64,000 nucleotides of DNA from an uncultured Oscillospiraceae bacterium. GTDB lineage: Bacteria > Bacillota > Clostridia > Saccharofermentanales > Fastidiosipilaceae. Every line of letters begins with the position of its first letter. Position 1 is the stretch's first letter. The notes beneath the pieces were generated by a model. The model was not told where the DNA came from. It was given only the letters and a program-made list of their open reading frames with translations, and did no database searches. A program made the translations under genes and the position numbers. Below, in pieces: positions 48,533 to 57,996 of this stretch. The stretch is from NCBI GenBank assembly GCA_964345975.1, contig CAYFSS010000003.1:25392-89391 (forward strand). Direction: 5' to 3'.

Positions 48533-51500
48533 GACTTGTATCGCTGGAGCTACAAGGGTTTAAATCCTTCGCCGATCGTTTAAAACTGGATTTTCACTCA
48601 GGGATCACGGGGATCGTGGGTCCTAATGGGTCGGGTAAATCCAATATCTCCGACGCTATCCGCTGGGTTCTGGGTGAGCAAAGTGCCAAGACTCTACGTG
48701 GCGGTAAGATGGAGGATGTCATCTTCTCGGGCACTGCCATGCGACGAGCGTTGAGTTATGCAGAAGTCATCCTCACATTGGATAACTCGGATGGCAGTAT
48801 CAATACTCCCTTTGAAATGATAGAAGTTCGCCGCAGGCTCTACCGCTCCGGAGAAAGTGAGTATCTACTCAATAAGAAGAAGTGTCGCCTCAGAGACATC
48901 GCTGAGTTGTTCATGGATTCAGGTCTTGCTCGTGACGGTTATAGCATCGTAGGACAAGGGCGCGTCGACGAGATTCTTAGTCACCGTTCAGAAGATAGGC
49001 GCGAAATCTTTGATGAAGCCGGCGGCATTACAAAATACAGAGCAAGACGTAGCGAAGCGCTGCGAAAACTTGAGACGGTTGAACAGAATATTTTGCGGAT
49101 CGAAGATATTCGACTGGAAATTGAGAGACGGAGGAAACCGCTCAGTAAGCAGGCGGAAGCAGCTCAAAGATACTTGGATTTAGACCGAGAATTTAGATCG
49201 CTCGACTTGGCTCGCTTGACTCATGAGGTTAAGCGACTGAAAGAAGAACAATCAGAGCTGACGATGGTCCTTGAGAACGCTAGGGCTGAGCTCTCCAAGA
49301 AGACAAGGGAGCGGGATGCTTTTTTGTTACAAAATGAAGAAGCTGAAGCGAAGCTTCAAACTCTGAGGAATCGAGCTAAAGAGAAAGAACTAGAGTATCG
49401 TGAGGCAGACGATGCACTCCGTGCGATCCAAAGACAAGCCGATCGTATGGAGCAAGAGGAAGCTGAAGCAAAACGTTTCCTGACCGACCGTGAACGTCGG
49501 GTCGAAGAAGATATAGCCCTTGCAAAGCGTTTCGATCAAGAGATTGAAGTCCTTGAGAAAGAGGTTCTTGCTAAGACACAAGACCATTCGAAGGCTCATG
49601 GATTAACGGTTAAATCTCGTGAAGCTTACTCCAAAGGTCAGGCAAATCTAAATGAAGAGCAAGGTAAATTATCAGCGATAGAGCAAGAGCTTCAAGCAGA
49701 ACGATTGCGTCGTCTTGATTATCAAATTGAAGCGCAGGATAGAAGTTCCAAACTTCACCTATCCAAGAACTTAGCGGAGCAGGAAGAACGCTTACTGGAA
49801 CGCGCCGAAGAAATTCTAGACGAGAGAGAAGAAGAGCTTCGCAAGAGCCAAGGGGATATTGAACGCGTGCTAAAGAAGAAGCAGGAAGCAGAGGAACAAC
49901 TCGTGGCTTACAAAACTGCTTATGAGACTTCTGCCCAAGCGCTTGAGATGGCTCGCAACAAGTTAAGAGAAGCTCGTGAATCCGAGGATGTGTTACAAAG
50001 AAGAATTCGCAACCTTGAACATATGATTGAAGGTCACGAGGGATATCAGAATTCTGTCCGTCGTCTCATGAAGGATTTGCCCCAAATCCATCGTGTGGTG
50101 GCTTCTGATGTATTAGGTCCCTTTGGTTCGCTTATAACCGTCTCTAAAGAATTGCAACCGGCGATCGATCAAGCGCTGGGAGCCGCAATTCAGAATCTTG
50201 TGGTTACGGATGAGCAGGTAGCGAATGTGCTCATCAAGTACCTAAGACAACAAGGGATCGGCCGAGCAGTTTTCTTGCCGCTGGCTCAACTAAGAGTTAA
50301 TCCCCTGAGAACATCGGATATAAGAGATCTGCGTGGTCCCGGTTTCTTAGGTATAGCATCGGAACTGGTTGAGTACATTGATCTAGCCAAACCTGCCATA
50401 GATTATCGCTTAGGACGTACGCTTGTCGCTAGGACGTTGGATGATGCTTTGGACCTTCATCGGCAGAGTCATCGTCGCTTTCAGTGGGTTACCTTAGACG
50501 GCGACAGCATTTATCCCGGAGGCGCAATCTCAGGCGGACAAGCCCAGCGCCGTAGTCAGGGCTTAGGAATTCTGGAGCGACAAGGCGATCTTCAGGCGGC
50601 TCTTCTGGAAAGAGATATGCTCGTTCACACGATCGAGCAGTTCACCCATGAATTTGAGCTTATCAAGACAGAAGAACGTAGATCTTCCAAACAATTGTTG
50701 GAACTCGAAGAAGTCTTGGAGCAGTGTTTGCAGGACGAAAGAGTCTTGCGTGAGAGTGTGAAGCATATTGAAGGTTCTCTTCGTGATGCACAGAAGGAAC
50801 GAGATCACCACGCCAAAGCCTTGATCGACTTTCGGCAATCTATTGAAGCGGAAGAAGCTAACTTGGCACACAGTAATTCGGCCAAACCGGATGAAGCTCG
50901 CGAAGAAGTGCTTCAATCAAGACGTGAAGAGCTTGCTTCGTTCGTTCAAGATCTGCAAATCGAAGTAGAGGCTTTGCGTGAAACAAGACATGCAGCAGAA
51001 GTCGATGAACACCGCTTGCATGAAGCTTTGCAAGCAGATAAACGTCTCTTGGAACGTTATCTTGAAGATCGTCGCACCCGGGCGGCAAGACAAGCGCTGG
51101 AATCAGCGGAAGCAGATAACTACCGTTTGCATTTGGTGAAATTACAAGAAGAGGCAAAGACCATCCAAAGTAAACTGCGTGAACTCCAAGATCAAAGCGA
51201 TATCAAGCAAGAAGAGCGAGACGAAGCGCAGACCCTCGTTGCAGAAGCTGAGAGCTCGATGCAGGGATTCTTGAAGAAGCTTACGGTAATAGGAGAAGAA
51301 CGTGAGCTCTTGCAGCGCGAGCAGCTCCGTTTGGATCACAGGCTGGAACGACTGCTTTCACGGCTCGATGATGCCTTGAATCAACTGTGGGAGAATTACG
51401 AAGTGACCTATGATGATCATCCAAAGATCACAGTCCCGTATGAAGGCCGTTCGAGCGATAAGAGATTGACTGAGCTCCGCAACGAGATGAAGAATCTGGG

Positions 51501-52095
51501 CCAGGTGAACCTACAAGCAATTGAAGAATTTACTGAACTTGAAGAACGATTCCAATTCATTGAGACTCAGAAGGAAGATATGGTTGAAGCGCGGCAAGAC
51601 TTGGATGCCTTAGTTTCGGAGATCAATCAAGCGATGGAAGAAAAATTCCGTGAGAGCTTTGATGCAATTCGCACGAATTTTTCTGAGACCTTTCGCGAGT
51701 TGTTTGGCGGTGGTGAGGCGGAAGTCCGTCTGGCTAATGAAGAAGACTTGCTCGAATCTGAAATTGAGATCAGAGTTTCTCCTCCCGGCAAGAGAATGCA
51801 AAATTTACTGTTGCTGTCCGGTGGTGAACGTACCCTTGCGGCAATTGCCCTCTTATTTTCAATTCAGCGTCTGAAGCCGACGGCATTCTGTCTGCTCGAT
51901 GAGGTGGAAGCAGCGCTCGATGAGTCGAATATCTTTCGTTTTACGGACTATATTCGACGTTATTCCCATGAAACCCAGTACATCCTCGTAACCCATCGAA
52001 AAGCAACGATGGAAGTCTGTGATCGCCTGTATGGTGTCACTATGCAAGAACATGGAATTTCTAAGGTTCTTTCACTCAAGCTGCAAGATGTTTAA
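48529..52095 (+). CDS. smc: Chromosome partition protein Smc
   Basis: 1188 aa. Walker A GPNGSGKSN, long coiled coils with a central hinge, signature LSGGERTLAA and Walker B LLDEVEAALD. GTG start. Confidence 0.97.
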   Translation: MRLVSLELQGFKSFADRLKLDFHSGITGIVGPNGSGKSNISDAIRWVLGEQSAKTLRGGKMEDVIFSGTAMRRALSYAEVILTLDNSDGSINTPFEMIEVRRRLYRSGESEYLLNKKKCRLRDIAELFMDSGLARDGYSIVGQGRVDEILSHRSEDRREIFDEAGGITKYRARRSEALRKLETVEQNILRIEDIRLEIERRRKPLSKQAEAAQRYLDLDREFRSLDLARLTHEVKRLKEEQSELTMVLENARAELSKKTRERDAFLLQNEEAEAKLQTLRNRAKEKELEYREADDALRAIQRQADRMEQEEAEAKRFLTDRERRVEEDIALAKRFDQEIEVLEKEVLAKTQDHSKAHGLTVKSREAYSKGQANLNEEQGKLSAIEQELQAERLRRLDYQIEAQDRSSKLHLSKNLAEQEERLLERAEEILDEREEELRKSQGDIERVLKKKQEAEEQLVAYKTAYETSAQALEMARNKLREARESEDVLQRRIRNLEHMIEGHEGYQNSVRRLMKDLPQIHRVVASDVLGPFGSLITVSKELQPAIDQALGAAIQNLVVTDEQVANVLIKYLRQQGIGRAVFLPLAQLRVNPLRTSDIRDLRGPGFLGIASELVEYIDLAKPAIDYRLGRTLVARTLDDALDLHRQSHRRFQWVTLDGDSIYPGGAISGGQAQRRSQGLGILERQGDLQAALLERDMLVHTIEQFTHEFELIKTEERRSSKQLLELEEVLEQCLQDERVLRESVKHIEGSLRDAQKERDHHAKALIDFRQSIEAEEANLAHSNSAKPDEAREEVLQSRREELASFVQDLQIEVEALRETRHAAEVDEHRLHEALQADKRLLERYLEDRRTRAARQALESAEADNYRLHLVKLQEEAKTIQSKLRELQDQSDIKQEERDEAQTLVAEAESSMQGFLKKLTVIGEERELLQREQLRLDHRLERLLSRLDDALNQLWENYEVTYDDHPKITVPYEGRSSDKRLTELRNEMKNLGQVNLQAIEEFTELEERFQFIETQKEDMVEARQDLDALVSEINQAMEEKFRESFDAIRTNFSETFRELFGGGEAEVRLANEEDLLESEIEIRVSPPGKRMQNLLLLSGGERTLAAIALLFSIQRLKPTAFCLLDEVEAALDESNIFRFTDYIRRYSHETQYILVTHRKATMEVCDRLYGVTMQEHGISKVLSLKLQDV

Positions 52096-52132
52096 TGCAA
52101 CGGTTTTAGAATGAACAAAGCATTTGAAGTTT

Positions 52133-52202
52133 ATGGTTTAAGCCCACCGGTTTAAGTCTTACGATTTAAGCCCAATGATTTAAGCCTAATGGTTATAAGA
52201 TG
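52133..52202 (+). repeat. Five tandem 14-nt units (consensus AYGRTTTAAGCCYA) in the smc-ftsY spacer
   Basis: The units are ATGGTTTAAGCCCA, CCGGTTTAAGTCTT, ACGATTTAAGCCCA, ATGATTTAAGCCTA and ATGGTTATAAGATG. TTTAAG cores start at 52137, 52151, 52165 and 52179, with the variant unit at 52193, giving an exact 14-nt period. A further GTTTAAG abuts the ftsY ATG at 52233-52239. Confidence 0.9.
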
Positions 52203-52239
52203 AACGCACGATAATGCATAGATAAGTGAGGAGTTTAAG

Positions 52240-53157
52240 ATGGCTTTATTCGATAAATTTAGAGATGGCTTAGCGAAGACGAGGGATTTCTTGACACGAG
52301 GCGTCGAGCGTATGGCCATGGGTCTCGGCTTCTTCGATGAAGAACAAATTGATGACCTCGAAGTAGCCTTGATCCAGACAGATATGGGGTTTGATATCGT
52401 CGAAGAGGTCATGACAGGTCTGCGGGAAGAAATTCAACGTACAGGGAATAATCGCAGTGACTTTGTGCACGATTATCTTGCAAAAGCCTTCAAGAACAAA
52501 CTAGGTGATGCAGAAACGTTGGAGCTCAAGAGTCACGGACTGAATGTCCTCTTGATGGTTGGTGTCAATGGGACCGGCAAGACAACCTCCGCCGGCAAAA
52601 TAGCGAATCGTTTCAAGCGCCAGGGTAAAACCGTGATGATGGCTGCAGCCGACACGTTCCGTGCTGCGGCGATAGAACAACTTGAGCACTGGGCAAAGGC
52701 TGTCGGTTGCCGCCTCATTGCGCATAAAGAGGGAAGTGACCCGGCTGCCGTCGTATACGATGCCATGGATGCTGCTCTTTCGACGAACACCGATCTCCTC
52801 ATCGTCGATACTGCAGGAAGACTCCATAATAAGAAGAACCTTATGGAAGAATTGGCGAAGATTCATCGCATTATCGAAAGACGCGGTGAAGGTAAGGCTC
52901 ATGTTCAATCTCTCCTGGTTCTCGATGCTACCAATGGCCAAAATGCAGTCTTACAAGCCCAAGCCTTCAATGAAGTGACGGAACTTGACGGCATTATCCT
53001 GACAAAACTTGATGGCAGTGCAAAAGGCGGCGTAGCCCTGGCGGTCAATAGCGCAAGTAAACTACCGATCCTCTTGGCCGGCCTTGGTGAAGGCATAGAT
53101 GACCTGGTCGACTTTGACCCGGACTCCTATGTAGAGGCTCTCTTACCTCGTAATTAG
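52240..53157 (+). CDS. ftsY: Signal recognition particle receptor FtsY
   Basis: NG domain motifs GVNGTGKTT, DTAGR and TKLDGSAKGG. RBS GAGGAG. Confidence 0.95.
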   Translation: MALFDKFRDGLAKTRDFLTRGVERMAMGLGFFDEEQIDDLEVALIQTDMGFDIVEEVMTGLREEIQRTGNNRSDFVHDYLAKAFKNKLGDAETLELKSHGLNVLLMVGVNGTGKTTSAGKIANRFKRQGKTVMMAAADTFRAAAIEQLEHWAKAVGCRLIAHKEGSDPAAVVYDAMDAALSTNTDLLIVDTAGRLHNKKNLMEELAKIHRIIERRGEGKAHVQSLLVLDATNGQNAVLQAQAFNEVTELDGIILTKLDGSAKGGVALAVNSASKLPILLAGLGEGIDDLVDFDPDSYVEALLPRN

Positions 53158-53206
53158 GATCAGAAGAATCATTTATCTGCCGGGGCAAGCTTGTCAAATA
53201 AAATGA

Positions 53207-53235
53207 TTGACAGAGATAATGACCTTCGCTATCAT
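53207..53235 (+). promoter_or_regulatory. Near-consensus sigma-A-type promoter for ylxM-ffh
   Basis: TTGACA (53207-53212), a 17-nt spacer, then TATCAT (53230-53235). AGGAGG at 53249-53254 and the GTG start at 53260 follow. Confidence 0.65.
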
Positions 53236-53259
53236 GGCGAAGTTCCATAGGAGGTCGGC

Positions 53260-53613
53260 GTGGAAGATGCAACCTTAATTGATTTTGAACGCGCCAATGT
53301 TCTCTTAGATCATCTAGGAGGTCTACTGGATCCTCAGCGACGTGAGACAATGCGCCTCTATTATGCTGAAGACATGAGCTTGGCAGAGATTGCAGAAGAA
53401 CTTGCGATTTCACGGCAAGCTGTCCATGCCAGGATTCGACAGGACCTACATTTCTTGGAGACTGCCGATGAAGCCATTCACCTCATCGGTATGCGTCAAG
53501 AGATTTTGGACTTGACGCAGCAACTAGCGCAAACCATGACACCTACAGATGAGCAAGCTGAACTGATTCAAGCTTTGGAACAACTAGCGCTCCCCGGAGC
53601 CTTGAACGATTAA
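53260..53613 (+). CDS. ylxM: YlxM/UPF0122 helix-turn-helix protein (SRP operon)
   Basis: Sigma-70 region-4-like HTH YYAEDMSLAEIAEELAISRQAV. Position between ftsY and ffh is conserved. GTG start. Confidence 0.85.
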   Translation: MEDATLIDFERANVLLDHLGGLLDPQRRETMRLYYAEDMSLAEIAEELAISRQAVHARIRQDLHFLETADEAIHLIGMRQEILDLTQQLAQTMTPTDEQAELIQALEQLALPGALND

Positions 53614-53629
53614 GGAAAGGACGTGAACG

Positions 53630-55000
53630 GTGGCTGTCTTTGAAGGCCTATCGGAACGCTTACAGGGTATTACCGAAGATATTGGTCAGAAGTCACGTGT
53701 GACCGAGAGTGATATCAAACAAATGATGCGCGAGATTCGTCTTGCGCTCCTCGAAGCCGATGTTAATTACACGGTTGTCAAAGACTTGATCGATAAGATT
53801 GCTGATCAAGCTTATGGCGAAGCTGTTATGACCAGCCTCACACCCGGCCAGCAAATCATCAAGATCGTCCGCGATGAGCTGGTAGAAGTCCTGGGTGGTG
53901 CTGAAGCCAAACTGACGTTTGCCAAGAATGACTTCACGGTGCTCATGCTCTTTGGTCTCCAAGGTGCGGGTAAAACAACCACGGCAGCCAAACTGGCAAG
54001 GCTTCTTAAGAAAGACGGCAAGAAACCTCTCCTAGCATCCGTCGATACACACCGTCCTGCAGCCCAAGAACAGCTTGCAATCTTGGCGGAAAGCATCGAT
54101 GTTCCTTGTTTCATCCAGCCGGAAGAGAAGTCAGCTGCGAAGATTGCAGAGCGTGCTATGGAACGCGCAAAGTATCTTATGGCCAACGTCCTCATCGTCG
54201 ATACCGCAGGTCGTACGACTCTAAATGACGAACTGATGGATGAGCTGAAAGATATAACCAGCGCTGTTACCCCTCATGAGAAGCTTCTCGTTGTCGACGG
54301 CATGATTGGTCAGGAAGCCGTCAATGTTGCTCAGACCTTTGAAGAAGAGATCGGTCTCGATGGCTTTATTATGACGAAGATGGATGGCGATGCCCGTGGT
54401 GGGGCTGCTCTTTCTATCTATGCTATGACGCAGAAGCCGATCAAGTTTATCGCTACGGGTGAGAAGGTCGATGCTCTGGAAGTTTTCCATCCGGATCGCA
54501 TGGCTTCGCGAATTCTCGGCATGGGTGATGTCTTGTCTCTCATCGATAAGGTATCGGCCACGGTCGATGAGGAGAGAGCTGAGCAGATGCTCAGAAATAT
54601 TGAGCAAAATCGCTTCACCATGGACGACATGCTGAATCAGTTCGAACAGATTCAGAATATGGGTCCATTGAAGGATATCTTAGGCATGCTCCCTCAGATG
54701 AAGGGCGTAAATCTTGCCGATGCAAACGTCGATGACGGCATGGTTAACCAGAACATGGCGATCATCCGTTCAATGACAAAGGCTGAACGCAAGGATGTAA
54801 AGCTCCTTAACGCAAGTCGTAGGAAGCGCATAGCAGCCGGTTCAGGCACTACAGTGCAAAATGTTAATCAACTGGTTCGTCAGTATCATGAAATGGTTAA
54901 GATGATGAATCAGATGGGTTTAGGTGGTAAGAAGGGCAAGCGAGGGAATAAGCGTAGACGCCGAAACCCTTTCGGGAATCTACCCTTCAACATTGGTTAA
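53630..55000 (+). CDS. ffh: Signal recognition particle protein Ffh
   Basis: N-terminus AVFEGLSERLQ, G domain GLQGAGKTT, DTAGR and TKMDGDARGGAALS, plus a Met-rich M domain. GTG start. Confidence 0.97.
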   Translation: MAVFEGLSERLQGITEDIGQKSRVTESDIKQMMREIRLALLEADVNYTVVKDLIDKIADQAYGEAVMTSLTPGQQIIKIVRDELVEVLGGAEAKLTFAKNDFTVLMLFGLQGAGKTTTAAKLARLLKKDGKKPLLASVDTHRPAAQEQLAILAESIDVPCFIQPEEKSAAKIAERAMERAKYLMANVLIVDTAGRTTLNDELMDELKDITSAVTPHEKLLVVDGMIGQEAVNVAQTFEEEIGLDGFIMTKMDGDARGGAALSIYAMTQKPIKFIATGEKVDALEVFHPDRMASRILGMGDVLSLIDKVSATVDEERAEQMLRNIEQNRFTMDDMLNQFEQIQNMGPLKDILGMLPQMKGVNLADANVDDGMVNQNMAIIRSMTKAERKDVKLLNASRRKRIAAGSGTTVQNVNQLVRQYHEMVKMMNQMGLGGKKGKRGNKRRRRNPFGNLPFNIG

Positions 55001-55030
55001 GAATTTCAACATAGCGGAGGAAATTAGAAG

Positions 55031-55549
55031 ATGTCAGTAAAGATTCGTTTAAAACGCATTGGTATGAAGCGCGCACCTCATTATCGTATCGTAGTATCGG
55101 ATGCACGCTCCCCGAGAGATGGCCGATTCATCGAAGAGTTAGGTATTTATAACCCTAAGGACACACCCATTAAGCTTAAAATCGATCTTGAGCGTGCTGA
55201 AGAGTGGATTGCTAACGGAGCACAGCCAACAGACACGGTTCGTAGACTAATGAAGCGCTTTTCAGAAATGTCTGATGAAGAACGTGAAGCCAGTTCCGGT
55301 TTATCGAAGCCTGCATCTTCCAAACCTGTGACGCTTGAGTCAAAGAAGAATGCTAAGCCTGTTAAAATTAAAGAAGCTACAACTAAAGAAGAGTCTAAAG
55401 TTACCCCTGAGGTAGAGGTAACAGAGGAAGCTGTTGAAGACGTTGTGGCAGAGCCTGAAGTGGAAGCTGAGGCACCATCTGCTGAAGAAGCTCCCGCTGA
55501 GGAAGTAACCGCTGATACTACTGAAAAAGAAACAGAGGAGCCCGCATGA
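55031..55549 (+). CDS. rpsP: 30S ribosomal protein S16 with a roughly 85-aa K/E/A-rich C-terminal extension
   Basis: N-terminus [42 protein letters not shown]. Total length is 172 aa. Confidence 0.95.
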   Translation: MSVKIRLKRIGMKRAPHYRIVVSDARSPRDGRFIEELGIYNPKDTPIKLKIDLERAEEWIANGAQPTDTVRRLMKRFSEMSDEEREASSGLSKPASSKPVTLESKKNAKPVKIKEATTKEESKVTPEVEVTEEAVEDVVAEPEVEAEAPSAEEAPAEEVTADTTEKETEEPA

Positions 55550-56004
55550 GTACTGAGATTAACAAGGAACAGGGCATTCGCGAGATGAAAGAATTGCTCG
55601 AGGTTATGTCTCGAGCCCTTGTGGATGAGCCGGATCGCGTCGAAGTAAACCCCATTGATACAGGTGAGCGTATTGTTCTCGAACTTCGCGTCGCTGACGA
55701 AGATATGGGACGCGTCATTGGTAAGGGCGGACGAAGAGCACAGGCTATGCGTTCGATCATCAAGGCCAAGGCTACTCGTGTCGGTCTTCGTTCAGCCGTC
55801 GATATCATCGACCGTGAAGAGGATCAAGCTAAGTCTGACTATGTAGAGACCTCTGAAGATGAGTACGAAGATTCGTATGATGAAGAATTCGAAGAGTATG
55901 AAGAAGACGATGACTTCGATTACGACGATGATGACGAAGACGATTATGAGTATTCCGATGACGAAGACTTTGACTACGTCGACGACGATGAAGACTTCGC
56001 TTAA
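55546..56004 (+). CDS. khpA: KH-domain RNA-binding protein (KhpA/YlqC) with a D/E/Y-rich C-terminal tail
   Basis: KH GXXG motif [15 protein letters not shown], at the conserved position after rpsP. Total length is 152 aa, of which about 70 aa is polyacidic tail. Confidence 0.85.
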   Translation: MSTEINKEQGIREMKELLEVMSRALVDEPDRVEVNPIDTGERIVLELRVADEDMGRVIGKGGRRAQAMRSIIKAKATRVGLRSAVDIIDREEDQAKSDYVETSEDEYEDSYDEEFEEYEEDDDFDYDDDDEDDYEYSDDEDFDYVDDDEDFA

Positions 56005-56093
56005 TTCGTTTGGAATCTAGTTTGAATGAGGGGATTGCCAATAGGTGATCCCTTCTTTATCTTCACCCCTGTTTAGAAGAAAGGTCAGAGTTT

Positions 56094-56657
56094 ATGGAAA
56101 TATCCAATAAGCATCAGGTGACCGATGAGTTTTACATCGCAACCATCCGGCGCCCTCATGGGGTGCGTGGGGATTTTCGTGTCTACTTACTTTCAGGTGA
56201 TCCCGAGCGCTTAAAGCGAATTGAAGAATTTATGTTGGTGAATCCGGAAAATGAAGCGGACAGGCTCCCTATGCGTTTGCGTCATCCCGAGTCAAACGTC
56301 GACTCGCTTATCTTGTCCGCTGAACCTTGGACGAGTCCGGAAGAAGTTAAGAAGTATGCCGGTTGGTATATGGCAGTACCAAGGCACTTTGGCCAAGCAT
56401 TGAACCCTAACGAGTATTATTTGGCAGACCTCGTAGGGCTTCGGGTGGAGACGATTCTTGGTCAAACATTAGGCTATGTCGAAGAAGTTCTGTTGGATCG
56501 ATCGCAACCGTTGTTTTACATTCGCTCCCGTGGAGAAGAGGATATATATATCCCGGCTTTACCCGAATTTGTCGCGTCCGTCGATATAGAGGGCGGAAAA
56601 CTTGTCCTAGACCCACCCCAGGGCTTAATCGAAATCTATCGCGAGGAGGAGCTTTAG
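56094..56657 (+). CDS. rimM: 16S rRNA processing protein RimM
   Basis: N-terminus RRPHGVRGDFRV and a C-terminal PRC-barrel region. Position before trmD. Confidence 0.9.
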   Translation: MEISNKHQVTDEFYIATIRRPHGVRGDFRVYLLSGDPERLKRIEEFMLVNPENEADRLPMRLRHPESNVDSLILSAEPWTSPEEVKKYAGWYMAVPRHFGQALNPNEYYLADLVGLRVETILGQTLGYVEEVLLDRSQPLFYIRSRGEEDIYIPALPEFVASVDIEGGKLVLDPPQGLIEIYREEEL

Positions 56658-57403
56658 TGGGTTGGCACGCTGAAATAATCACTCTCTTCCCTGAGATGAT
56701 TCAACAGGTCCTCCAAACAAGTATTACCGGGAGAGCTTTGGAAGCTGAGAGATTCTCCTTTTATTGTCGTGACCTCCGCTCTTATGGCGAGGGCAGTTAC
56801 CTCAAAACGGATGATAGACTCTTTGGAGGCGGTACCGGAATGCTCATGATGGCAGAGCCGATCTATCGTGCGTGGCTCGATGCCGGAGGAGAGGGGACCA
56901 AGACGATCTATCTTTCACCCAAGGGCAAGGTTTTTGATCAGGCGATGGCCTGTGATTTTGCGAGGGAAGAACGATTGATCTTCCTTTGTGGTCATTACGA
57001 AGGGATTGATGATCGTGCGTTAAAACGTATCGGAGCTGAGGAAGTGTCGCTCGGAGATTTTGTGCTGACCGGTGGGGAGATTGCTGTTGCCGCAATGATC
57101 GACGCGACAGTGCGTCTGCTACCCGGGGTGCTTGCAAGTGAGGAGTCTTATGAAAATGAATCCCATTATCATGGCGTCCTAGAGAGTAGACACTACACGC
57201 AACCGGCTTCTTGGCGTGGTCATGATGTGCCTGATGTTTTAATGTCCGGTCATCACGTGAAGATTGAAACTTGGCGTAAGCTCGATGCATTGCGGGAGAC
57301 TATAATAAAAAGACCAGATCTTCTGGAATCCTATGAATGGACCCAAGAGGAGTATGAGCTCCTGGCAGAATTGGATTTTACGCCGGTCAGAGACGATGGT
57401 TGA
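56657..57403 (+). CDS. trmD: tRNA (guanine37-N1)-methyltransferase
   Basis: Motifs DDRLFGGGTGMLM, CGHYEGIDDR and LGDFVLTGGE. GTG start. Confidence 0.95.
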   Translation: MGWHAEIITLFPEMIQQVLQTSITGRALEAERFSFYCRDLRSYGEGSYLKTDDRLFGGGTGMLMMAEPIYRAWLDAGGEGTKTIYLSPKGKVFDQAMACDFAREERLIFLCGHYEGIDDRALKRIGAEEVSLGDFVLTGGEIAVAAMIDATVRLLPGVLASEESYENESHYHGVLESRHYTQPASWRGHDVPDVLMSGHHVKIETWRKLDALRETIIKRPDLLESYEWTQEEYELLAELDFTPVRDDG

Positions 57404-57462
57404 TTCGGAAGGGCTTTTGAGTGTTAAGGGCCTATAGATGTGATGAATCCCAAGACTTAGGA

Positions 57463-57491
57463 TTGCGGCGATATTATGCTTGTGGTAAGAT
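57463..57491 (+). promoter_or_regulatory. Candidate rplS promoter
   Basis: TTGCGG (57463-57468), a 17-nt spacer, then TAAGAT (57486-57491) preceded by TGg as an extended -10. Confidence 0.45.
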
Positions 57492-57569
57492 TTCGTAGTT
57501 TCGCGTTAAGGGATGGTCCGCTGCCGTTGCGTGCAAGAACATCCAAAGTAACTGAAGGAGGAACGCAAT

Positions 57570-57923
57570 ATGCATCAGTTAGTGAAGGCTGTTGAAGACA
57601 GTCAGAAGAAGGAAGAAATACCGAACATTTTGATCGGTGATCGTGTGAGAGTTCACTTGAGGATTCGTGAAGGCCAGCGCCAACGTATCCAGGTTTTCGA
57701 AGGCAACGTCATTGCTCGTAAAGGGCACGGTGTGACGGAAACCATCACGGTTCGACGTGTTTCGTACGGCGTAGGCGTTGAGCGTGTTTTCATGCTCCAT
57801 TCTCCGCTCGTTGAAACACTTGAAGTTGTCAGCCATGGTAAAGTTCGTCGCGCTAAACTCTATTATCTTAGAGGTCGTACCGGCCGTAGCGCAAGGATCC
57901 GCGAACGTCTCGACAGGAACTAA
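57570..57923 (+). CDS. rplS: 50S ribosomal protein L19
   Basis: 117 aa, [41 protein letters not shown]. Confidence 0.97.
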   Translation: MHQLVKAVEDSQKKEEIPNILIGDRVRVHLRIREGQRQRIQVFEGNVIARKGHGVTETITVRRVSYGVGVERVFMLHSPLVETLEVVSHGKVRRAKLYYLRGRTGRSARIRERLDRN

Positions 57924-57950
57924 GCCAAGCAGCATTGATAAGGTAGTTAG

Positions 57951-57982
57951 AGGCCTCGGAGTAAGTTTCCGAGGCCTTTTTT
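57951..57982 (+). terminator. Rho-independent terminator after rplS
   Basis: AGGCCTCGGA-GTAAGTT-TCCGAGGCCT forms a 10-bp stem followed by TTTTTT. Confidence 0.9.
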
Positions 57983-57996
57983 CAAAGGAGTGATTT

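Noticed and set aside
52133-52202. The 14-nt tandem array considered as a CRISPR array or a coding repeat.
   Set aside because: The units are contiguous with no spacers and far shorter than CRISPR repeats. A 14-nt period is not a multiple of three, and no cas genes are present.
56028-56060. The hairpin AGGGGAT-N12-ATCCCTT after khpA as a terminator.
   Set aside because: The stem is short and contains a wobble pair, the loop is large and the T-run is interrupted. rimM-trmD probably continue the same operon, so I did not list it as a feature.
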